Origin: Ptychomitrium polyphyllum
Taxonomy: Eukaryota
Assembly: GCA_973851085.1 (NCBI GenBank)
Contig: OZ316775.1
Location: 5,828,001 to 5,892,000, forward strand
DNA length: 64,000 nucleotides
Reading direction: 5' to 3'
The notes beneath the pieces were generated by a model, which worked only from the letters and a program-made list of their open reading frames with translations, searched no databases and was not told where the DNA came from. The position numbers and the translations under genes are program-made. Position 1 is the stretch's first letter; each line of letters opens with the position of its first letter. Positions 37,045-48,380 of this stretch are shown piece after piece.

Positions 37045-37738
37045 CAAAACTACTAAGTTATTGTACACTTGGTAATTATTGACCTAAATTGTTACTTAGT
37101 TTATCATTAAGCGACCATGTAGTGTTTCAAAGTAATTTTTCTGCTTCTGCATTATTACTCTTATTTTAGTATTTTTCCTTTCTATTCTCCATTGTATTTC
37201 CTTTCAAATTATTCCATGCATTGTATGCTTCCAATTCTATGAGCCGCCCATACACTTGAGCACAACGACCTCCACCTTCTATTGAATTTATTTCCTTCTT
37301 ACATACCAATTTTAATCTAACACGTACTTTTTATTCCATTGATCTTTCATTTTCTACCCTTCCTGATTCTTCCTTCTCTCAAATCATATAGATGGATTCC
37401 CTACTCCATACCTAATGTCTTCGAATGGGTGAAAATACTCTCCATTACCATTCCCCTCCTCGTCCTCACTTTGCTCACCTATCAAATTTACCCGGTAGTC
37501 AATATTCTTCACACGCTCCACGCGATATTTAAAATGACCTTTCGATTTTATAGGAACGCGTCCATCAACTTAGTACCTCATTCCCAACACCACTCAATTG
37601 ATGGATACAAGAAGATGACAATTTTTTCTTAGTACATACACCACCTTCTCCAGCCATACCACCACCATCAACCGTCTCATCCTCCTAGTAGGACTTTACA
37701 ATTAATCCAACTGTCCATTCTTTTTTTATACTACATCC

Positions 37739-40700
37739 TGTTGCAAAGTGTGAAACATATAAAGTGATCCTAGTTGAAGTTTCTTTGTGTAGAACTAGAG
37801 CTTGATAGGTTGCTAATGGTCAAAAGAGTGTCAAGAAAGAGGCCATAGAGGATATAGAGGCTAGGGTTAAGAAAAGGCAATAAGGGTTTTGTATGGCGGC
37901 TAGAGTTAGGACAGCCGTTAGAATTAGGGTAGTGGCTACGGCGGCTAGGATTTGCCGCCACATGGCACCCATTTAGTGGAAGCAAATGCATGGCCGCCAA
38001 GTGGCACACTTTGGTGGATGACTCCCAAATATAAGTAAAGGGGTTTTTGAAGTGGAAGTCATCTTGCTCTACACTTCCTTTGTTGCAACTATGCTCTCTC
38101 TTCTTGTTTGTTGTACTAGCTTTGTTGCATTTTTTCAATAGGTTATGGGCCCACTCACACTTAGTTGTACCTTTTGAAGTAGCTTGAAGTATTTGTAATT
38201 GTTGTTCTTGTGTAGAGCAAGATCACATGGTAGTTATTGAAGATAGAGTTAGAAATGCCTAACTTTGAGGTTTTGCACATGTAGGTGCTTGGTTTGATGT
38301 TTTTTGAGCTCTTATAGGGTTGTGGATGTTGAAATTCCTTGGATAGTGAGTTTTGTTGAGTGATGATAAAACCTTAATAGTGTCTTTGTTGAATTTGAGC
38401 TCCCTAACACCAACTTGTTGTGCTTGGTATTGTTGTCTTGTGAGTTCATTAATAAGTGTACTTATTGAGTGGATACAATGAGTTGAAAGGCTTGTCTTCG
38501 GACTCATAGTTGTGAAGACTTGTGAAAAGCATAGGAGTCAAGGAAATAGTTTGTTTGAAAGTACAATTCTTACCTCTTTTCTTAAAGCGTGGCTTCGAGT
38601 GAAGGTGAAGGTTTGAGGATCATATCAAAGTTTCATGATGAAAACTTCTACCAATAGAAGATTAGGATGTAGCTCTCATTGGCTTCTTTGGACCTTTGAG
38701 ACATCATAGATGAGAGTGAGGTTGCTCCACCATTGTTGGCAGATGCAAAGGAGAGGAAGGAGTTCCAACGTCGTGAAAAGAAGGCTTTTGGCATCCTTGC
38801 CACCAACCTTGATGATGCCAACTCTACCCATATCATCTCTTGCAAAGGACCAACAGAAGCGTGGAAGACGCTTTGCAACATCTATGAAAGCAAGAACCTC
38901 TCCAATATCATCTTCACGAGGAGGAAGATCTTGAACTGCAAGATGGAAGAAGGGCACGACCTCATGGCGCATGTGAATAAGTTGAAGGCCCTTGCAAGGC
39001 AACTTGCCATTGTGGACAAGCCATTGGAGGATTTGGATGTTGTGATTACATTGCTCATGAGCTTGCCGGAGTCCTATAGCTATTTCATAGTAGTATTGGA
39101 ATCGATTTCCATCAAGGACCTCACCATGGACTATGTGGCGGCAAGATTGAACCATGATGAGACCAAGAAGAAGGAGAAGGCGACTTCAAGTGAGGACTCC
39201 GCCCTCTTTTCAAGGCAGGGCAAGGCCACCTACTCTAATCAATGTCCAAATCTTAAAACATGCTTTGTGTTTGGAAAACCAGGTCATTTTGCTCAAAATT
39301 GCTACAAAGCCAAGAGAGGAGAGAGGAAAGATGCCAACCATGTGATGGACCACCTTGGAGGTAGTGATTGTGCCTTCATGGCAAGCAAAGTGGCACCTAT
39401 GGCGGCCCTATCCAAGTAGATAGTTGATTCGGGCTCCACAAATCACATGACTCCTTACAAGTGCTCATTCCATACTTATGAGGCAATTCCAGCCACTAGT
39501 GTGCTCATGGATGACAATGGCGTGGTGGAAGCCATTGGAATGGGTTCCATTGTGGTGGAGGTTGTTGTAGGAAGCAAGACCAAGAGGATCACCTTCAGGG
39601 ACGTGCTCCATGTGCCAAAGATGAAGTCCAACCTCCTCTTGGTGAGCAAACTTGTGATGGAAGGGTTTGTGGCTCATTTCAATGTGAATGGATGTATTGT
39701 GAAGTCATTGGATGGTGATATTGTTGCCACGGGGTTGAGGGATGGCAACTTGTACTTCATCAAGTGTTATTAGGTGAGTGGAGTGGAGGTAGCAGCCTCT
39801 GCTGAATTTACTCAAGATCAAGACAAGTTTAGCATATGGCATGGGCGCCTTAGGCACCTTAATGTCAAGGCCATAAAGGAGCTCCAAGGCATGGTAAGCG
39901 GCTTGGATCTAGGTACAACATGCCCTAAGGCCAAGGAACTTGCTTGTGAGGGTTGCATCCAAGGCAAGCAGCAAAAGGCATTGTTTCCAAGTGGAGTGGC
40001 AACTCAAGCAAGCACATTGTTGGAAATTGTACATTCCAACGTGTGTGGGCCTATGAAGACTTCATCCATGGGGGGCGCAAGGTATTTCCTCACCTTCATT
40101 GATGATTTTTTGAGGAAAGTGCAAGTGTTCATCCTCAAGGCCAAGAGCGAGTGCTTTGCAGGGTTCAAGGAGTTTAAGACGCTTATAGAGAAACAATGTG
40201 AGTTCAAGATCAAGGTTTTGCGTTCAAATAATGGTGGTGAGTTTTTATCCAAGCGTTTTGATGATTTCTTGAGGAATGAAGGCATTGTAAGGCAAACCTC
40301 TACTCCATACATTCCACAACAAATGGAGTTGCTGAGAGGGCAAATTGCACCATTGTAGAGGTTACAAGGAGCATGCTTCATGCTCAACATCTTGGGCATG
40401 AGTTGTAGACGAAAGCGATGGTGAATGCGGTGTACTCAAGGAATAGGTGCTCCACAAGTGCCCTTGCATCCATGACTCCTGAAGAAGCTTGGAGTGGTAA
40501 AAAGCCTTATGTTTCATACATGATGACCTTTGGATGCCTTGCATATGCAAAGGTTCTAGATTGCATGAGGTCCAAGCTTGGTGCAAAGGGTACAAAGTGT
40601 GAGTTCTTTGGTTATTGTGAGGGCAGCAAAGCGTGTAGGCTGATCTGTATGGAGAGCAAAAAGATCATCAAGAGTTGTGATGTTGAGTTCTTAGAGCACA

Positions 40701-42929
40701 AGAGTGCTTGTGAGCACTTGGGGATGTAATCAAATGGGAGTAATGGTGTGATTGTAGACACATCCTCCATTTCAACCAAGGAAGAAGGTAGAGATGTGGA
40801 TGGAGGTGAAGGAACAATGGAAGGAGATAGCATGGCGACTTCCACCTTTAAAACTAGGAGGGGAGCCTCATAAGATGATGGTGAACATCTTCATCCAAGT
40901 GAGGAGGATCAGCCTCCAAATGAAGGAGAAGTAGATGCATTTCAAGAAGAGAGGGCTGCAATGAGTGGTAGGAGGTACTCCATGAGGAAGAAGAGGCCAC
41001 TTGGTGAATGGTGGAAGAACCACATCTTTCCCAAAGTGAGTGCTGAACATGCCAATTTTGCCCTCCTTATTGATCCTTTAACTATATGCGATGCCTTGAC
41101 GTCCTTGGATGCCATGAAGTGGGAGAAGGCCATGGAAGAGGAGTATAAGTCCCTCATGGACAATGGCACATGGCACTTGATCCAACTTCCTCCAAATCGT
41201 TCTTTCATAGGTTGTAAGTAGGTGTTTAGAACCAAGAGGGATGCTTTGGGTGCAATTGGGAGGCACAAGGCAAGAGTAGTTGCTAAATGATACTCACAAG
41301 TTGCTGGTGTGGACTTCAATGAGACATTTGTATCTGTGGCCAAGTTCACCACCATTAGGACCCTCTTGGCCATAGTGGTGGCAATGGACTTGGAGGTCCA
41401 CCAGATGGATGTGAAGACAGCCTTTTTAAATGGAGACTTGGAAGAAGACATCTACATGGAGCAACCTCTAGGATTTGTACATGAAGGCTTAAAGCACCTT
41501 ATTTGCAGATTGAAGAAGGCCTTATACGGGCTAAAGCAATCACCAAGGGCATGGTACCAACGCATTGATGCATTCTATAGGAAGGATGGATTTGTAAGAA
41601 GTGAGGTGGATCATTCCTTATATATGATGCAAACCATGGAATTTTTGTTGATTGTGATCCTCTATGTAGATAACCTGATCATGTTGGCCAACCTTTTAGA
41701 GAAACTAGAAAGGATGAAGGCCAAATTAGAGCAGGAGTTTGAGATGAGTGATGTGGGCAAGTTGCACTATTGTCTTAATGTGGAGTGTGTGAAGGATTGT
41801 GCAAAGAGGACCAACACCATGAGCCAAAAGAAGTACATTAAAGAGGTGGTGAAGCGATTCAACATGGAAGATTGCAAGCCAGTGAAAATGCCCTTGAGGT
41901 TGATGAAGCTAGATGATGAGGAGTATGCTGAAGTGGAGGGCGAAATGCAAGGCGTTCCATACAAGGCAAGAGTAGGGTGCCTCATGTATGCCATGGTGGG
42001 CACAAAGTTTGATCTTGCGTTTTCGGTGAGTGTTGTGAGCCAACACATGTCTAAGGCCGGCCCCATGCACTCGGCAATCATCAAGAGGATCATGAGGTAC
42101 TTAAAGGGCACCTTGGATTTTGTGTTGTATTTGAGAGGTGATAACATTGAGTTGCAGGGATTTTGTGATGCGTATTGGACTAGAGATGCAAACAATAGGC
42201 ACTCCACAACGGAATATGTGTTTTTTATTGGAGTAGGAGCCATTTCTTGGAACTGCAAGAAGCAATCCACAATTGCAAGGTCAACCATAGAAGCAAAGTA
42301 CATGGCGGCAAGTCTTTTGTGTGACAATCAAGGATGTCTTGCCTTTGCCAAGAATCCCAAGCATTACTCACGAACAAAGCACATCAACATCCAACATCAC
42401 TTCATAAGAAAGAAAATTGAAGATGAAGTGATTGATATGAGGTATTGTGCAACAGAGGGCATGCTTACTAATTTATTGACAAAAGCATTGGTAAAAGATA
42501 GACACCACTTGTTGACAAGGTCAATTGGATTAAAGGTCCTTTGACCAATAGCAAAGTGGGAGTGTTCAAAAGGATGGAATATATAAAGTGATCATAGTTG
42601 AAGTTTCCTTGATAGTTTGCTAATGGTCAAAGGAGTGTTAAGAAAGAGGCCATAGAGGATATGGAGGCTAAGGTTAAGAAAAGGCAATAAGGATTTTGTA
42701 TGGCAGCTAGGGCTAAGGCAACGGCCACGGCGGCTAGGGTTTGCTGCCACATGGCACTCATTTAGTAGAGGCAAATGCATGGCCGCTAAGTGGCACACTT
42801 TGGTGGATGACTTCCAAGTATAAGTAAAGGAATTTTCAAAGTGGGAGTCATCTTGCTCTACACTTATCTTGTTGCAACTTTGCTCTCACTTCTCGCTTAT
42901 TATACTAGTTTTGTTGCATTTTTTCAATG
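37739..42929 (+). mobile_element. Copia LTR retrotransposon, decayed, with half-tRNAiMet primer site, inserted in host gag
   Basis: LTRs 37739-38140 and 42563-42929; TSD CATCC/CATTC (37734-37738 and 42930-42934); PBS GGTTATGGGCCCAC 38141-38154; PPT AAAGTGGGAG 42553-42562; domain order gag-PR-IN-RT-RH. Confidence 0.93.
38733..42544 (+). pseudogene. Disrupted Copia gag-pol
   Basis: CFVFGKPGHFAQNC knuckle, VDSGSTNHMT protease, IWHGRLRHLN and VHSNVCGP..YFLTFIDD integrase, QMDVKTAFLNG..LYGLKQSPRAW..LYVDN RT, CDNQG..SRTKHINIQHHFIR RNase H (with an internal deletion); several stops. Confidence 0.92.
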
Positions 42930-42934
42930 CATTC

Positions 42935-45900
42935 GGACGGCACTTTTGATAGTCCTCCTATCAATCCTTTCTCTACTATCACTAATCCGCCAGTCTCAAA
43001 CTACGACTTTGATGCCTTCCACTCTTGGAAACTACCTAATACGGACACGATTTTTCCACACCATCCTCCCTCTTATTGTTATCCCACTTCCTTTCCTAAC
43101 CAATATGATATCACTTGCTCCATACACCACCCGATAGTTCCACCTTTATTTACAATACTACCTATACTCCACCCTCCTATTAAAAAAGCCCTATTCTATT
43201 CCACCTACTAAATTGGAAAATATCCAGAACATCATTGCCGAAAGTTCTTATCAACACTTACTTTAAATGGTGAAACTAGTATTTTGTTTAATTCAAATTG
43301 TTCGGTAGCACCCTCACTAACAAAAAATCTATTTGGTTCACTTTCCATTGCATCTAATTTCTTCATGAGACTCTAGATGCCCTCCTCCTTGCTTTCAAAA
43401 AACGCTATTGATTAATTAAAACTGATGATCAAACATATATTAACTTCAGCACTATGTGCCAAAAACCCTCCAAATCAATAGAAGACTTTGTTGAACGGTT
43501 ATTAGAACTGGTCGCAAACCTAATTAATCCATTTGATGACACATTCATGCTCAGCACCTTTTGCACGAAACTTTGAGAATACATTCAAGTTGCCACAGTT
43601 AAACTTCTGAAGACTACTTTTACCAAAGCCGTTTGATCTATTCAACTCGCCAAAAAAGGACTCCCTAAACTTTACCCACAGATCTTTGGCCTGTTCAACT
43701 AATCCTACCCTCCCCTTCAATCCTATATTGGTTGCAATCGCTTAAACCACACTTGAAAGTCTTGTTACAAGAATCCTAAAAGTACCTATGTGAAACAACG
43801 CCAACCACCTCTAGGCGTGCATCAAGTTGAGTCACTACCAAGTTATGTCCCTACCAATATTTGTTGACCGTTGAGACTGACCCAATGCTTTTCCTGTCAT
43901 GTATGCGGCTCTATGGACCATTTGGGTCATTGATGCCTTCTTCATGAAGATGATAAAATCAAACGCCTCATATACAGGAAGATATAGGAATTGACCAAAA
44001 TCTAATCACTTCTAGATGTCAAAACAATCAAATTTTTTCATGTTGGCTCGGTAACTTGCGATCACACAATCCCTTCAAACATCCTACTACCAAGACCATT
44101 AGCAAATTTCAACTAGCAGACTATGGAGGAAATTGACGACAATATGATCCGTACCGTTTAGAAGCTTCAAAGTGATTCTACATCTACCATTGAACCTCCT
44201 CAACTTACCAACTCAGCACTTTCCACTACACAACGAGTATGTACACAACTCCAAACGTACACCATTTTTGTTTCATTACAAGAGCTTATTTACTTATCTC
44301 CAAAACTAACCGTCCATCTACGGCAGCATCTATATCCGGTAACCCTATCTGAACCTGCCATTTTTATACCTATAGCTGCAGTTACAACAATATATTGCTA
44401 CATGCTAGTAATATCACTTATAGTCGGCAAATAGATAATCATTGATGTTTTCGTTAATGGAGGATCTAATGCCAACGTTATCAACGAGCACGAATGCCTC
44501 CGCTTGGATCTTCCAGCTCCTTCTCCAACCCCGTATGGCATACGGTTCACTTGTCCAACCTACCAGTATTTTGCAAAATATCAAAATTCACATTCATGAT
44601 ATATCCTATATTATCATCCTTATCATCATCACCTGTAAGGATATCTAGTCTACCTATTCCATTCTTTTTAGTAGACCATGCTTATAAAATGCTCACGTTA
44701 ACTAGGATTGGGCAAATAATGAAATCAAGATTATGAGTAATAGAACAGTTAAAACCATCCCAATTCAGCAAGAACTTGGTCTTGAAGCTACTACACCCAA
44801 TGTTTTAGTATCATATAACTTTGTCCAAGGCATTACTGATGAGGAAGAGGATATATTACTGGCACCCAAATAATACCTTCACCCAATCGGTACCTTTAAC
44901 TTTTCCGACCTACATAATTCCAGCCCATCGTGAAATCCATTTACGGTCATTTTTCATAGGCCAAGTTCTATACCAATTGATGCTACACTAAACAAGGACA
45001 TCCTAGATTGTTACAAGGTTGCCAAAAAGAACACTACCAAATAATTACAATTTTATCTTCTAAACCTTGGTACTACCAAGAATTCGTCTACCATCAATAT
45101 TAATACTAATATCCTCGACCAACCAATAACTCAGGCGGAAGACTTATTTCACAAATTTAAAGATGTCTTTGCATGGACTTAAACAGATTTAACAAGGATA
45201 CCAACTCATATTGTCCAACATTATATTGACCTTGATACTACCATTTCTCCTTTGCACCAGGTTTGCTATCGTATGAATCCCAACTATGCTAAAGCAGTCA
45301 AAAATGACCTTGATTGTCTCTTAACTACAGGTTTTATTTCTACGGTAGCGGAAGCACTATGGCTATCTCCCATCATTGTTGTTTCCAAGAAGAATAAGAA
45401 ACTTTGTATTTGTGTAGATTTTTGCAAATTCAATGCCGCCACAAAAAAAGACCCTTACTTCCTTCTGTTTATCGATGATGTTCTGGACTTGATAGCTGGG
45501 CATGCAATGTATCCATTCTTTGATGGATTTTTGGATTATCATCAAATTCAAATCCACCCAAACGACTGTTAAAAAACCGCGTTTATTGCCAAATGGGGAG
45601 TGTTTGCGTAGATGGTCATATTGTTTGGACTTAAGAATGCACCTCCAACATATCAATGGGCAGTCAACCGCGCCTTCAAAGACTATCTCGGCAATTTCAT
45701 GAAAATCTTTGTTGGACAACTTCAGCGTTAATAGCGACATTGACTCACATCTCGCTCAATTGCGCTTGTGCTTTCTCAAGTGTTGCAAATTTAGTTTTAG
45801 CCTCAATTATGATAAATGCCTTTTTCTTGCCTATTCAGGTGCTATTCTTAGCTATATCGCCTCCAAAGCCGATAAATTTCCTAATTCAGCCAAAATTTAG

Positions 45901-47520
45901 GATTTAGTCAATATGCCCCCTACCTTGAGACATAAAAGAAATTCAGGTTTTTAACAGCCTAGCCCAATTGAAACAATTCTTTATTTATAATTACGCTGCC
46001 ATCATGGCCTCCATTACCAAACTCACAAGGTAAAATGAGCCTTTTTACTAGACTACCAACTATGCTACTGCTTACTCAGAAATCAAAGCCCTGTACATAT
46101 CAGCACCAATCTTCATTCTTGTAAACTGGCAACTAGAGTTCCATATCTATACCAATGCCTCAAACTTTGCACTTGGTGCCATGCTCAAGCAAAGCACTAC
46201 CGGTCAAGTGGACCAACCCATTATTTATGTATTCCATTTATTTAATAAGGCTAAAAAGAATTATACCACCACCAAACGGGAACGTTGGCTATGGTTTACG
46301 CCATCAACAAATTCCGCCATTACCTATTAGAAAACAAGTTTATTTTTTATGTTAATCATATGGCCTTCATTTACCTGGTCAACAAAATCTAGGTATCCGG
46401 TCGAATTACTTGATGGCTGTTATTATTTATGGAATTTGATTTTACTGTAATCTATAAACCCGGTAAAATTCACGGTATTCTAGACTCCTTTCAATCAACA
46501 TCACTGTTCAAAAAATCTAAGATGTTGGTTCTTGGTAGCCAACCCTATATAAAGATATTTTCAATCATTTTTGCACCTATCCTATTTGTCAACAAACTAG
46601 CAATCTTGCAAAATCCATAAATACCAAATTAATTACATCTTTATTAGCCAAATCTTGTATGAAATGGAGCCTAGGTTTTATTGGCCCTCTCCATTGCACC
46701 CGGCACTATGGTCATTGGTACATCCTTCTAGTTACCGGTTATGCTACCATGTGGATTGAAGGCATTACCTTGAAAAGCAACACCGCCTTCAAAACCACCC
46801 GGTTCCTTTATGAAAACATCCTCACCTACTTTGACTGCTCCCTCCACATTATTAGCAACCAAGGCGTCCATTTCAACAACTCGGTAATCAAAACTCTAAT
46901 GGAACATTTTCTTATCAAACATACAAAATCAACAACATACTATCTCCAAGGAAATAAGATAAGCGAGTCTACCTACAAGGTTATTCTTGATATGCTCCAG
47001 AAACTTGTCAATGAGCACTAAACAGATTGGGACATAAATCTTTCTATAGCCATACTTGCTTACAGGACTGCGTACAAAACAACTACCAATTATTCTCCAT
47101 TTTAACTTCTATATGGCCTACTTTTCCTTATGCCTATTGAATATCTAGTAACTATCTCTTATACCTTGAGTAAATGCACATTTGACCATCAACGTGTACT
47201 CTCTGCTCGACTTGGAAAAATTGGACAAAAAACTCCTACATGCCCAAGACCATCAAGGCACGTCACAATGGATCCGTGCTCAACTTACCACGGCTCAAGG
47301 TAAGGTTATTACTTTTAAGCTTGGTGATTATGTTCTTTGGTATCTAAAAGGAGCCAATTTTCATATTGGTAAACTAAAAAACAAGTAGTATGGTTCTTAC
47401 CGTGTCCAATACCTCCTACCAAATAATATTGTCCAATTTGTAATCCTAAACCACTTTGATCCTGATTCTGTGATTATAAATGTGAATAAACTCAAACCAT
47501 ATAAATATATCAACGACACT
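42935..47520 (+). pseudogene. Degenerate gag(3')-pol of the host non-chromovirus Gypsy
   Basis: Knuckle-like CHVCGSMDHLGH, protease-like VNGGSNANVI, RT 45252-45900, RH ~46130-46480, IN ~46560-47520; many stops and frameshifts. Boundaries approximate. Confidence 0.8.
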
Positions 47521-48380
47521 TGAATCCGCCTAACCGTTGTTCCCGACCCATCTAAATCTGTCATTCAAGCCGCGGATCATAATGATGACAGTTTATGCCA
47601 AGACCTGGTATTCATCATGATGGTTTAGATTAGCCATTACGACGGCTATTCATCCAAACCAATTCATCATTCTTCTTGCCACCACCCTAACCTTATTGGT
47701 CTTGTCCAGTTTTCCTTTTCTTCTCGCCCATTTCATAACCCCTCTCACATTTTCTCCTGATGTTTAGCTTCTCCTCTTCTTTACTTCAGTAGTATACAAC
47801 TCTTCTTCTCTCTTTTGCTTTTAGCTATGGAGTTTGTCAAGCAAAAGTTTTCGCTAGTCTGTGGTTGTGTTCTAAATTGTCCAGCAGGCAGGGTATGGAG
47901 AGAAGTGACTTTGACATCCATAAACCACTTACAATCATAGGTAGTCTACGCTACCAATATTATTACCAAATTCCAATTCTTTCACGGTATAGGATTCTTA
48001 GATTATGTCTAACTCTCTTGGAATTAGCCCCTAACTCATGCTAATTTTGTATTAAAGTTCTTGAATACCACAATAAAAAAAGATGGCAAGGGTTTCCTTG
48101 GAACCATTTCCAGTAAACAAATCTTTATCACAATAGTCATGATTTGCGATGTTCTTCATCTTCAAGACAGACTGGTAAATACTGTTTTTTCATCAGTGGT
48201 ACCAAGCCAGTTTTTAGAAGTTACCGGCCCTACACCAAGAACAAAGAAGGATTGGGGATCCAACAAAGATCCCAACATTTAATTCTCCTAAAGTACAATA
48301 TTTTTCAAAGCATATTTTTTTCAAAAAATGTAACTTATATGTTGGATAGAAATGTTAATATTCTATCGGTATTAACCAAC

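Noticed and set aside
36546..48380. Inversion between the two inverted chromovirus copies
   Set aside because: The host LTR-gag-pol order and all TSD pairs remain colinear, so no net crossover inversion is present.
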